From a phage, in NCBI GenBank assembly GCA_025611195.1, contig GCA_025611195.1_4718.2: 64,000 nucleotides of DNA. The stretch is one strand, 5' to 3'. This document shows, piece by piece, positions 39,065 through 48,211 of this stretch; positions within the stretch are counted from its first letter, which is position 1, and every line of letters begins with the position of its first letter. The position numbers were made by a program, and so were the translations under genes. The notes under the pieces were generated by a model that was given only the letters and a program-made list of their open reading frames with translations, was not told the DNA's origin and ran no database searches.

Positions 39065-39740
39065 TCGCTACCTCATACCCGCAGCTTTACCTGCAGCTTC
39101 CGGTGTTACCGGAATGTCCAGAATACATCTTATCCATATTCCAAATGGAACGTAGGACTTCCGCGCTGGATCTCGCTTGAGACCACGTATTCGTTGAACG
39201 TTCTCCTGAACGGAGCTTCGCTGCTGATCGAACATTGTCGTGTACGGTAGGCATCCCCGAAGGGATTGTCATTGAAGCCGCGTACATCCGCTACCTTGTT
39301 TCTACCTTATCGGTTCCTCTTACGAGGCGTAGCGGCCTTAGCCCTTCCCAGCAATTCACGGAATCCAAGCTCTTCCTTTCGGAAGGCAGGGCCTATGATT
39401 AAGCATCCCCGTCGCTGTTATCGACTATATCTTCATCCTCGTTGCGAGGAGTCTCCCGTTTGGGTCTGTGTTTAACAGAGCCTACTCTACTCAACATCGC
39501 GTCTTTCGATAGTCTGTGAGCACACATCTTAACGAACATTCGTGGATTCCTAAACAGGTGAACGTTCTTGTTGAGATGCTTCGCTGCGGATTATTCCCGT
39601 CCTACCTCTTTTACCGTACCCAGTTCATTACGCTGGCCCTCATCTATGTCACCATGATGAGTTGGTGTGTAGTCCGATTACAGAAACTTCCCGTCAATTA
39701 GAGAGTTTTAACTACGTTCCTGTTACCAGAAACCAGATCC
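39065..39740 (-). ncRNA. group I intron-like element B (approximate boundaries)
   Basis: Minus strand carries Q-like AATCCGCAGCGAAG (39592-39579), R-like GCTCACAGACTATCG (39521-39507) and S-like GAAGATATAGTCG (39433-39423); no long ORF. Confidence 0.5.
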
Positions 39741-39814
39741 CGACGGTATCAATAAATCAACGTAAGTTATTGATTTAATTGAAAAACTGAAATCTGCATT
39801 ATCTAAATCTTCAG

Positions 39815-40185
39815 TATGGTTCGCTACTCCATACCCGTACCTCATGTACTGCTTACGTCTTTCACGTAAGGATAGACTATATCTTTCACCCTCAGCATTA
39901 TCTGGTCGGGGCTCCCATTTCGGCGGTCAGATGACCGGTGGTTTCCCACGCCGCTTGGCCCTAACGCCCGTAAGCGATAGTCGTTGAGCACATCTCCGTT
40001 CTGGAGACTTCGCTGCGGATTCCCCAATCCTTGCCGCTTTTACCGTACCTGAATGATTAGTTCAGCCCCACGCTCTGTTCCCAGGCATGGTTGGTGGACG
40101 AGGCTCTAAGTAGGTTCCCGCATTAGAGAGTTCCTCGTAACAACATTTCTGCGTTACTGGGCCTAACGACCCTTTCAAGATCATC
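39815..40185 (-). ncRNA. group I intron-like element A (approximate boundaries)
   Basis: Minus strand carries P/Q-like GGTAAAAGCGGCAAGG...AATCCGCAGCGAAG (40044-40008), R-like GCTCAACGACTATCG (39987-39975), S-like AAAGATATAGTC (39885-39875) and a P9-like hairpin CTTACG-TGAAAGA-CGTAAG. Confidence 0.55.
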
Positions 40186-41411
40186 ACGCTTAACCCGATG
40201 GTGTTATCCTGCGGATCGCGTTTAACCTTGGTGATTTCAAGACATTGGTTACTGCTTCGGTCAAGTGATGGGTTTCGAACAAAGCCGCACACAATCCCAT
40301 CGAACGGTGTATCAGCAATAAGCTCATCATGCAGCTCGCTCATCATCGGATGATAATTACGGACATGTTCCGCAACGAACGCACGTGCTGCTCTCGGTGA
40401 ATAACCGCGATGGAATAACTTGGATTGGATATGTTCTTTATTGGTTAAAGTAAATGGTGCGTATGGGAAATGCAGATGATAATAACGATGGTTCGCTGTT
40501 ATCGAACTGATTACGGTACGCGTGGTGAATGGATGTAATGTACCTAATATGTTTTTACGCGTGATACCTTTCTTCTTACCGATGAACTCATCGAAAATCG
40601 CCGCGTGGTATTGCAGCAGCTTCAATTGCACTTTCGCCATCCAGTTTTCTTTCTTTCTGGCGCTCAAAGGTGTTGTTGGATGATAGATACTATTCAGTGT
40701 ACCAATAGCATCGATCGCACCTTCCATTTTGCTATCTGCATAACGGCCGGTCGGTGTATTTTCGATAACGAACATCATGGCCGCAGGAAAGCTGATATAC
40801 TGACTGAAGAACTTATCACGATGGATACGGATGAATTCTCGTAGCGTGTCAACTTTCTCTGTGTTCTTCGGTCCACGTAATGTGGGTCCTTTATACAAGA
40901 TCTCCATGATGCGATCGAAGTTCTGTATAAAGCTATTTACACCACGCCGTATCCCGAATACATCAAATTGCTGCTCCAGATAGTTCTTGAGTTCAATGGG
41001 TCGTTTTACATTTGGACGGTAACTGGCATCAATGAGCCACGTCATCGTTTCGAAGCTTTTGATATTCAACTCGCTTGCCAGCACGAGATGGACCAACGGG
41101 TTAATGAACGCATCGATTCCTTCAGGGACACGCGCCCAGACCGTCGAACGAATCTCCTGTTCTGCTGGGTAGGTTACAACCGTTTTACAGTTTGGACACA
41201 CCGTGCCGAGCAACTCACCGCGATTGTAGAAACCACAACCACATTGTGGCGTGATATCCAACGTATCGCTGGAGTAAACACGGGTGATAAAACTGTTTAA
41301 TTTCTTCTTCTCTTCGACGACTTTTGTATCGTAATCGTTCAACAAAATCGGCGTAAAGGGAAGTTCTGCGAGCTGTCTATCGAAACTCACGATATCGAGC
41401 ATGATGGCCAT
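40062..41411 (-). CDS. RNA polymerase beta-prime subunit, N-terminal portion; 3' end of this ORF probably reads into intron A
   Basis: Zn-binding CGCGFYNRGELLGTVCPNC; GKKKGITRKNILGTLHPFTTRTVIS aligns with beta-prime [24 protein letters not shown]; ORF ends before any DFDGD catalytic loop. Confidence 0.6.
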   Translation of the reverse strand: MAIMLDIVSFDRQLAELPFTPILLNDYDTKVVEEKKKLNSFITRVYSSDTLDITPQCGCGFYNRGELLGTVCPNCKTVVTYPAEQEIRSTVWARVPEGIDAFINPLVHLVLASELNIKSFETMTWLIDASYRPNVKRPIELKNYLEQQFDVFGIRRGVNSFIQNFDRIMEILYKGPTLRGPKNTEKVDTLREFIRIHRDKFFSQYISFPAAMMFVIENTPTGRYADSKMEGAIDAIGTLNSIYHPTTPLSARKKENWMAKVQLKLLQYHAAIFDEFIGKKKGITRKNILGTLHPFTTRTVISSITANHRYYHLHFPYAPFTLTNKEHIQSKLFHRGYSPRAARAFVAEHVRNYHPMMSELHDELIADTPFDGIVCGFVRNPSLDRSSNQCLEITKVKRDPQDNTIGLSVMILKGSLGPVTQKCCYEELSNAGTYLEPRPPTMPGNRAWG

Positions 41412-41453
41412 GGGACATCTCCTACAAATGAAAAAGAACGTTAGGACGTATAA

Positions 41454-41477
41454 GGGAGGGAGGTTGCCCTCCCTCCC
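41454..41477 (-). terminator. GGGAGGGAGG-TTGC-CCTCCCTCCC hairpin
   Basis: 10-bp perfect GC-rich stem with 4-nt loop downstream of the stop at 41504. Confidence 0.6.
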
Positions 41478-41503
41478 GTCAGATTACATCGAACGTTCTT
41501 CCA

Positions 41504-43399
41504 TTAGAACAGGTTGAATGCTCCACCCATGTTGTTACCACCAACATTCGGACGATCGCTACGTGCATAGATGTTGCCGGAGATGTTACCCAGACCACGA
41601 GCACGTGCTGCTGTGTTACCACGAACGGCGGTACCTGCCAGATGCTGGATGTTCTCAGGACGGATGGTGAAGCCAGCTTCGGCAGCCGCTTCAATCAATG
41701 CCGCAAGCGCATTCGGTTCGAAATCGTAACGCATTGCCCAACCGGTTTGTTCCCAGCTACCAGACAGAACGCGATCGATGATTTCGTGACGAGCAACAAC
41801 ACGCTGAGACATCGACATATCGGTACGGTCGAAGCTGTCTTCCCAAGCTTCTACGGTATCCGGGTTAGTGATGTTCATCATGTACAGATCGTCCATATCA
41901 CGAATATCGTGACGGTTACCGTCCTGGTGGTTGTAGTGACCCAGCGGGATACGGTTACCAGTAGCGTAGACTAACGGTTGGCCGTATTGATATTTCTTGC
42001 TGAAGCAACCCAGGGTGGTATCATCGAATGCACGATAGAGTGCTTTATAGCCTTCGGAGATTTCTTGAACTTTACCGTCAACGTTGCCCGTAAAGATCTT
42101 CTCAGCTGCAGGGATCATACGCAGCAACCAGCTATATTCGCCTTCTTCCGGTACGTCGATAGAAATCAGCAGAGACGGATACAGTACCTGTTGCAGGAAC
42201 TTGTAAATCTGCTCGTTGGTTTGAGTAGACAGATCCAGCGGTGCAGTAACTTCCGGATCCAGTACCATCGCCAGAGCACCCGGGTTATGCGGACCAATAC
42301 CACGAGCAGCGTTGCTGATTAAAGACTGCGCCCACGCCATACCGCTGTTCAGCGTAGCGATGGTACCAATCAGACCCAGCACAAACGTGTTCGGAGTGAA
42401 CGCATCCAGCTCCAGCGGGTAGGCGCTGGTCATCACGTAACGCGGTTGGTACTGTACAGTCGGCGGTACCGGATAACCGTTAACCAGAACAGGACCTTGG
42501 TTGAAGGTCGGGTTCTGCGGGCTGTAGGTCAGGTCAATGTAACCAGTGGTTGCGACCAGGCGCTGTTGACTATCGTAATCGCTCATCGCTTGACGGATAC
42601 GGTTAGAGATAGTTACAGTGATGTCAGAACGCACTGGGTTACCGACGATATCGCTGTCCTGCATACCGCTGGTGTTGTACTGAACGCTGCTGATCGGCTG
42701 ATCGCTTGCCATCATGCCCAGGTTGAACTGCGGCAGACCCAGTTTATCGCCGAGACGGATTTCGATCGCGGTTTGGATTGCGTTATCTGCAGCAGACAGC
42801 AGGGTGGTTGCCAGATGCGCAGATTCAGCAGTGATTTCATTGGTCACCACAGCCAGACCGGCGATACGAACAGTACCGTTAGCCTTACCGCCAATAGCCG
42901 CATACATTGCCGCCATGACTTCGTTGATGAACGTGCCGTTCAGGTTATCAACCCAGGTACGCGGTACCAGAATGTTACCATGCGGACCTTGTTCTTCACG
43001 ACGCGGCAGCGGAGCCAAACCGGCAACCAGCGGAAGCACATAACCGAAGAAGTGGTTATGGTCACCAACTTTTGCACCGCTCATAACAACCAGGGTCGGA
43101 TACGGTACACTGTACTGGTTAGGATCGACGGTCACCATGATGAAGTCGTCTTTGAACCCTTTATCTTCCAGTTCTTTCTCCATCAGACGACGGAGATTCA
43201 GTACCTGCTCGGAGCCAGTATTACGGCTAATACGACGGCTCAGTGTACGGTTGATCGTACGCATCGTATGAGTTACTTTAGGCTGGCCAGCAAAATCTGC
43301 AGCGGTTTCCAGCGCCTCATCAGCACGTTGTGCGGTGCGGGTTTCAGCTGCACGAATTTCTACATTATCGTTACCGTTATTACGTACGTCTAAGCCCAT
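41504..43399 (-). CDS. candidate chimallin (ChmA) phage-nucleus shell protein; alternative: major virion structural protein
   Basis: 631 aa with low-complexity N- and C-terminal tails; AAGAGGAA RBS; TATATTAC early-promoter motif upstream; strong terminator downstream; PhuZ encoded 8 kb away. Identity not verifiable by eye. Confidence 0.4.
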   Translation of the reverse strand: MGLDVRNNGNDNVEIRAAETRTAQRADEALETAADFAGQPKVTHTMRTINRTLSRRISRNTGSEQVLNLRRLMEKELEDKGFKDDFIMVTVDPNQYSVPYPTLVVMSGAKVGDHNHFFGYVLPLVAGLAPLPRREEQGPHGNILVPRTWVDNLNGTFINEVMAAMYAAIGGKANGTVRIAGLAVVTNEITAESAHLATTLLSAADNAIQTAIEIRLGDKLGLPQFNLGMMASDQPISSVQYNTSGMQDSDIVGNPVRSDITVTISNRIRQAMSDYDSQQRLVATTGYIDLTYSPQNPTFNQGPVLVNGYPVPPTVQYQPRYVMTSAYPLELDAFTPNTFVLGLIGTIATLNSGMAWAQSLISNAARGIGPHNPGALAMVLDPEVTAPLDLSTQTNEQIYKFLQQVLYPSLLISIDVPEEGEYSWLLRMIPAAEKIFTGNVDGKVQEISEGYKALYRAFDDTTLGCFSKKYQYGQPLVYATGNRIPLGHYNHQDGNRHDIRDMDDLYMMNITNPDTVEAWEDSFDRTDMSMSQRVVARHEIIDRVLSGSWEQTGWAMRYDFEPNALAALIEAAAEAGFTIRPENIQHLAGTAVRGNTAARARGLGNISGNIYARSDRPNVGGNNMGGAFNLF

Positions 43400-43463
43400 T
43401 TGGGATTCCTCTTTTCTTAAACTTTATTAAATGACGTCATTGAATCAGCTTCTACTCGCTCAT

Positions 43464-43488
43464 TCACCTAGGTAATATAACCCTGAAA
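43464..43488 (-). promoter_or_regulatory. candidate phage early promoter (minus-strand TTTCAGGGTTATATTACCTAGGTGA)
   Basis: TATATTAC-core motif 65-90 nt upstream of the minus ATG at 43399. Confidence 0.5.
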
Positions 43489-43653
43489 TTTTTTTCAATA
43501 TTGGTGTAACCACATTGAACGATATAAACCCCTAGGCGAACGCTGCCGAGAAGCAACATTCTTTCTACATATAATCAGGATATGTCTGTAAACTTTTACT
43601 TCTCTTATTGAGAGTAATGTCATATCCGTTTACCATCTTCTTACGGAGTTCGT

Positions 43654-44748
43654 ATGTTTCGTGTTTTAAATAACCTCCCGCGAACATCATCGGGTGTGCA
43701 ACCCGTCCCTCAGAAAGACTATCTAATACGCGAAGTTCAAAGAAACCTACAGACAATCCAGAACCACTATCAGGGTTTTACCTTCGCGGTTCAGAGCGAT
43801 CACATCCTTGCGTTGCTGCTCGCACAGCTCCCTATGAGATACGACATCTCAGTACAAACTTACTACGACATGATTCTCGATCTCACTCCAGAATTGGGTA
43901 ATCGTGTTAAGTTGACAACATCAAGATACGCGGGTAAGTTATTCGACGGTGCTTTCTATCCAGGATTGCATGAAGCTATTATCGCAACCGGTGAAAGTCG
44001 TCTTATTTCACGTGACGTTCTTGACAACTGGCGTAATTGGTCACCAGTTAGAATCGTGACGCACCCATACGCAAATCTTCGTTACATTCCTCTTCACCAA
44101 AAGCAGGTTGAGGAAGGACGAGGTTTTGCGGTCATTATGGTTGATGTACCATTATTAGCACTACAGTATCGAATGTGGTCTTTGGTCATGGGTCATAACG
44201 TCGACGGTAAATGGGTGGTTAAAGAGCCGGTTACAAGCTTCCTTGCGAGTTTTCCGTTGGTTAACGCATTATACTCACACAACGATATTGTTATACGTAA
44301 CCGTTGTTTGTGGGTGTCTCCGGCTAAGAATCCACTCAAATCACCAATTTACGTTAACGACCTTGATAACGTATTCGACCAAGTCGTTCTGTCCGTACAG
44401 CATCATTTATTACGAAGAAGACGAAGCTACACCGACATGCTTAAACAGATACCGAGTTTATACGGAGATCAGTACCAAGCGACCCGAATGGGCTACACTG
44501 TCGATCTTCGACAAACGCGATGGGCAAGAGATCTGGGTTGTCTGTCATTATGGCAACAACTCGTCACATTGCAAAACGTATCCGAAAGCGTCGGGTTCAG
44601 CAGCCAAATCGATAACGACCTGTACCGTGCTGCCGACCGGAGTCTAAAAGAAGGTAACTGGGAATCTTCTCCGTTACCTGGCGATTTAAGACGTGAAGTT
44701 ATTGCACAGGTTGCCGACCTCTTAAAAATTCTTCCTGCTGGTGCATAA
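43654..44748 (+). CDS. hypothetical protein (364 aa)
   Basis: ATG at 43654 with GGAG RBS; divergent from the chimallin-candidate gene. Confidence 0.5.
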   Translation: MFRVLNNLPRTSSGVQPVPQKDYLIREVQRNLQTIQNHYQGFTFAVQSDHILALLLAQLPMRYDISVQTYYDMILDLTPELGNRVKLTTSRYAGKLFDGAFYPGLHEAIIATGESRLISRDVLDNWRNWSPVRIVTHPYANLRYIPLHQKQVEEGRGFAVIMVDVPLLALQYRMWSLVMGHNVDGKWVVKEPVTSFLASFPLVNALYSHNDIVIRNRCLWVSPAKNPLKSPIYVNDLDNVFDQVVLSVQHHLLRRRRSYTDMLKQIPSLYGDQYQATRMGYTVDLRQTRWARDLGCLSLWQQLVTLQNVSESVGFSSQIDNDLYRAADRSLKEGNWESSPLPGDLRREVIAQVADLLKILPAGA

Positions 44749-44767
44749 CCACCTCCTTCTTTCCACG

Positions 44768-44799
44768 CATCCTCCCAACCCGTAAGGGAAGGGAGGATG
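44768..44799. terminator. CATCCTCCC / GGGAGGATG hairpin between convergent genes
   Basis: 9-bp stem between plus stop 44748 and minus stop 44815. Confidence 0.55.
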
Positions 44800-44814
44800 G
44801 GGTGGTGGGTTATG

Positions 44815-46968
44815 TTATTCTGCAGTTTCTTGCTTCGGTAAATAACTTGCTGCGATGTCTTGGGCCAACAATGTATTGTTTTTATTCGAGATGAAAATAC
44901 CGTAACTTTCCATTAACGCATAATACGAACGAACGAGCGTAGAGATCAGTCGACGAATATCCATACCTTGAATAAAGATATCAGGAAGCCCGGAGGCTTC
45001 GATCACTGGTAATGGTATCGTTAAGTTGCTTATCGTTTTCTTATCGTTACGTACAATCCAATCACGGAAACGTTGTTGTAACCCTTTATCCTCCCAGGAA
45101 TCAATCCAATCATTAAGAAGCGTTTTGTTCTTCGTCGCCAACGGTACACGAACCCCAACATAAGGTGGTTCGGGGCAATGGCCGTACGATTGAGCAAACA
45201 CTTCTTCCCACATATCGTAAGACTGTTTCGTTACCGCAACATGTGGTTTCACTTTAACACGTGTTAAGAAATCCGGATCGCCACGTTTCATTGATTCAAC
45301 GATTTCGTTCTCTAGTGAGATAATATCGTCAAGAACCAATCGAATGCTGATCTTCTCATTACGTAACAGCTTATCCATTATACCACACATCATGCGTTCA
45401 ACACGTTGGACGATTATTTTTGGTGCTGACGCATCACGCATAACAGGACCTTTCAACTCCAGCTTCGGTGGGTTGATGGGAACCCCTTCACGCATGGTCA
45501 TGTATCCGTAATAGTTTTTACCCATCGAGGTTAACGACAGAATTAAGAACATATATTCGTTCTTCATTTCCATTACGTACATATGCTCTTTCGCTACACC
45601 GATATTACCAGAACACATCGCCATCAGATGAACCGTAATCTGCGTAACCAGATAGATAAGCGTGTTTGCTAAGCGCGTCGAAATCGGATTGATCTCCATA
45701 TTTCCAAATCGCCACTGAACCCACTCCTGGCAGGTAAACACCGTCGAGTCGGTATCAGACAACACACCCACTTCACGGATTGCTGACGGAAAAGCATAAA
45801 CACCAGCCGGTTGGTTCTCGGTACGCCAGAACGCCTTAATTAAATCAGCGTAGCTTTGGATGCGTTGCAACATTAATTTTGTCGTTGCTGCAGTAAGACG
45901 ATAACCAAGTTCATTTCCTTTTTCTAGCGCTACGTAAATCGCTTCCCCGTTCAAGAACTCCGTGCATTGTGCTGTAATCCAAGCGACCGTGTTGTTATCC
46001 ATGGAAGCAATAATGGCTTTAGCCTCTTCCATCGTTTCAACAGGCTCGGATGCCAGTTCACATAACGAGTCAAGAAAATCTCGAACAAATTCAGGATTAA
46101 GCTCACGTAACGAGTACAGGTTATTGCTGTACATGTAGCAGGCGCGTTCCAACGGCGTTAAACCGGTAATTAGCTCCCGGATGGTCAGTTCTTTCTCTGG
46201 GTCGAAAATATATCGATGCAAGCATTTCGATACGTTAGCCCAAACCTCTTCCGGTGTAGGGTAATGCAGTTTGTATTTTACCATTACCTGCTCAATGGCT
46301 TTACGATCGCTGTTACGGACAATGCTCACAATGTTTTCAATTGCGATATCGCAATCGTAATAATGGAAATTACCCGCAAGGAAGCGTTCGTTGTTCGCAT
46401 TGGCTGAACCTGAAGCACAGCGACATGTTGTCGTTAAACTTGGATGCGCGATCGGATTATAAAAAGGGTTAAACTTGGATGCCTGTGTTCCTGATAAACT
46501 GTTGTTGTCTAACTTGGTGTTGGTTTGTCGTTTATCGTGTAACTCAGCTTCGTCTTTACGTCCATGGGCTTGCGCTATCGACATTTGTTTCTTTTGTTTC
46601 TTACGCAACTTACCGTTTTCAACCGCAAAGTCGCTTAGCACACTGGAACGTGTTTCACGCGGATAACAGTTAGCCCATACCGGCGTGATAATTAAATTAT
46701 TTTCTTTAATATCATTGAAGTATTGGCTGAACTTGATGACTTCTTTTTCTCGGTTTCCTTCAGTACGCTGTGTTAGTACAAGGCAGTCGGGATCAACCAT
46801 CCCGTATTTTCCACCAGGACTAACCGTATCAAGAACAAACTGCAACGCTTCCCGCTGAGAAATCCCACGCATGCGCATTAAGAACAGGGTATAATCCTGT
46901 ACCGCTTCTTTGGTCATATCCAACGTACGACCATATCCGTTTTCATCGTAAAAGAACGGATTTTCCAT
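44815..46968 (-). CDS. hypothetical protein (717 aa)
   Basis: ORF track; contains an SDTDS segment but no other polymerase motifs could be confirmed by eye. Confidence 0.55.
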   Translation of the reverse strand: MENPFFYDENGYGRTLDMTKEAVQDYTLFLMRMRGISQREALQFVLDTVSPGGKYGMVDPDCLVLTQRTEGNREKEVIKFSQYFNDIKENNLIITPVWANCYPRETRSSVLSDFAVENGKLRKKQKKQMSIAQAHGRKDEAELHDKRQTNTKLDNNSLSGTQASKFNPFYNPIAHPSLTTTCRCASGSANANNERFLAGNFHYYDCDIAIENIVSIVRNSDRKAIEQVMVKYKLHYPTPEEVWANVSKCLHRYIFDPEKELTIRELITGLTPLERACYMYSNNLYSLRELNPEFVRDFLDSLCELASEPVETMEEAKAIIASMDNNTVAWITAQCTEFLNGEAIYVALEKGNELGYRLTAATTKLMLQRIQSYADLIKAFWRTENQPAGVYAFPSAIREVGVLSDTDSTVFTCQEWVQWRFGNMEINPISTRLANTLIYLVTQITVHLMAMCSGNIGVAKEHMYVMEMKNEYMFLILSLTSMGKNYYGYMTMREGVPINPPKLELKGPVMRDASAPKIIVQRVERMMCGIMDKLLRNEKISIRLVLDDIISLENEIVESMKRGDPDFLTRVKVKPHVAVTKQSYDMWEEVFAQSYGHCPEPPYVGVRVPLATKNKTLLNDWIDSWEDKGLQQRFRDWIVRNDKKTISNLTIPLPVIEASGLPDIFIQGMDIRRLISTLVRSYYALMESYGIFISNKNNTLLAQDIAASYLPKQETAE

Positions 46969-47042
46969 AAATCCTCCAAAAGTTATTTAGTCTGTCTACA
47001 TCATCTCGTATATCTGTTAAAAAAGAAGGACGGCATAAAAAG

Positions 47043-47070
47043 AACCGATCCAGCCGAAGCCAGATCGGTT
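47043..47070 (-). terminator. AACCGATC / GATCGGTT hairpin followed by U-tract on minus strand
   Basis: 8-bp stem, 12-nt loop; minus-strand downstream sequence CTTTTTATGCC...CTTCTTTTTT; lies about 195 nt beyond the stop at 47265. Confidence 0.45.
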
Positions 47071-47264
47071 TAAAGGATAATAACTGACAGAAAGATATCG
47101 ATGATGTTCGTGAAACAAGATCTTCTCTCGTGTACAATGATGCCAGATCAGAGGGAGGTTGTAACACGAGAGGTGGTTCGCCAAAGAAGGAATAAAAACA
47201 CGAACCTATCTTATTTCACTGATGGCACTAACCACTCAAAATATATAGTACTGTATGTAAAAGT

Positions 47265-47678
47265 TTACTGATTAATCAAGTCGTTAGCAACAATCTTGGT
47301 GTAACCTGCCTGATTAAGAATTTGATTAATTTTTGTCATGTCGGTTGCATCCTCGATAACGATGCTGGGTTTATAGATCAGCGTCTTGGTAACAACGATT
47401 GTACTCTCCTTAATCCAAGGAATCCCTAAAATTACATACTCGCCATCAGCTGTGATGACCTCGACGTAATTGTACTTCGTCGGATCGTTCGGTACACTCG
47501 ACGGGAGCCGGGAATAAATCTGTTGGTGAATGGCGTCCACATCACGGCCGTTACGTACAGCGGTACGATAATTGTACACCGCGCTAATTTCTACTCCGTT
47601 GAAGTTAACCCCAAGTTCTGGGGCGTACACATCAAAACTCACAACAGAGCCAATCTTTTCTAAATCAGAAGCTGGCAT
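47265..47678 (-). CDS. hypothetical protein (137 aa)
   Basis: ORF track. Confidence 0.45.
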   Translation of the reverse strand: MPASDLEKIGSVVSFDVYAPELGVNFNGVEISAVYNYRTAVRNGRDVDAIHQQIYSRLPSSVPNDPTKYNYVEVITADGEYVILGIPWIKESTIVVTKTLIYKPSIVIEDATDMTKINQILNQAGYTKIVANDLINQ

Positions 47679-47689
47679 AATAGCATCCT

Positions 47690-48211
47690 TTATTTAAAAA
47701 TGTATTCATACCCGAAAGTCGTCGCCGACCAGACCCGGATAGATGATAGTGTTCCACCACGATAAAACGTTTTTGTGAACTCCATATCCTGGACAACACG
47801 ATAATAAACACGTCCGATAATACGCACGATAAGATATCGTGATAACGATCTCTCCTCGCAGTACTCATCGATAAAGTCATCGTCGATATCTGATAAGACA
47901 ACGTCTGCGATTTCTTGCAGTAGATTCCTCATCAGCATCTGCCTTCCTTCGGTACCCCACCCAGACAAACAGTAGTCGTCTTCTGCTTGACTATAGATGT
48001 CGTTAACCGCCTGTTCGAGCAGTTGCTCAAGATAGTAGTCATCGCGCTTTATAACGTGGCGACGGCGCTCAGAGGCGTATTTTTCCATCCTGTGTTTCTC
48101 TTGTTCGGCGTATGTATTAACGACGCCACAGTCTTTTCTGGATCGTCCCACAATGCGCGACGAAAACTGGATACTACCATAACGGTAGGATAGATTTGTA
48201 CGACCTCCCAC
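47690..48211 (-). CDS. hypothetical protein (start uncertain)
   Basis: ORF track; N-terminal 40 aa overlap the upstream ORF in another frame, so the real start is probably internal. Confidence 0.4.
   Translation of the reverse strand: MGGRTNLSYRYGSIQFSSRIVGRSRKDCGVVNTYAEQEKHRMEKYASERRRHVIKRDDYYLEQLLEQAVNDIYSQAEDDYCLSGWGTEGRQMLMRNLLQEIADVVLSDIDDDFIDEYCEERSLSRYLIVRIIGRVYYRVVQDMEFTKTFYRGGTLSSIRVWSATTFGYEYIFK

Noticed and set aside
39789-39800. Codons for NADF in the short segment between the two introns, considered as the beta-prime catalytic NADFDGD loop
   Set aside because: The following codons are SFS, not DGD, and no GAY-GGN-GAY was found in any exon candidate, so the exon model is unresolved rather than confirmed.
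39087-40027. Short ORFs 39087..39287, 39266..39475, 39516..39701 and 39842..40027 from the track
   Set aside because: They lie inside the intron-like RNA region and have no RBS or protein-like composition; most likely spurious, though 39087..39287 could be a homing-endonuclease remnant.
39062-40061. ORF-poor 1 kb region initially considered as a tRNA cluster or small RNA locus
   Set aside because: No cloverleaf-type T-loop (GTTCRANYC) segments found; the conserved blocks match group I intron Q/R/S elements instead.
43570-43575. Sigma70-like TATAAT upstream of plus gene 43654..44748
   Set aside because: No acceptable -35 element at 16-18 bp spacing; an isolated hexamer in AT-rich sequence is not evidence.
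44815-46968. Family B DNA polymerase call based on an SDTDS segment
   Set aside because: Only one motif-like segment; no clear motif A (D..SLYPS) or motif B (K...NS.YG) found, so left as hypothetical.
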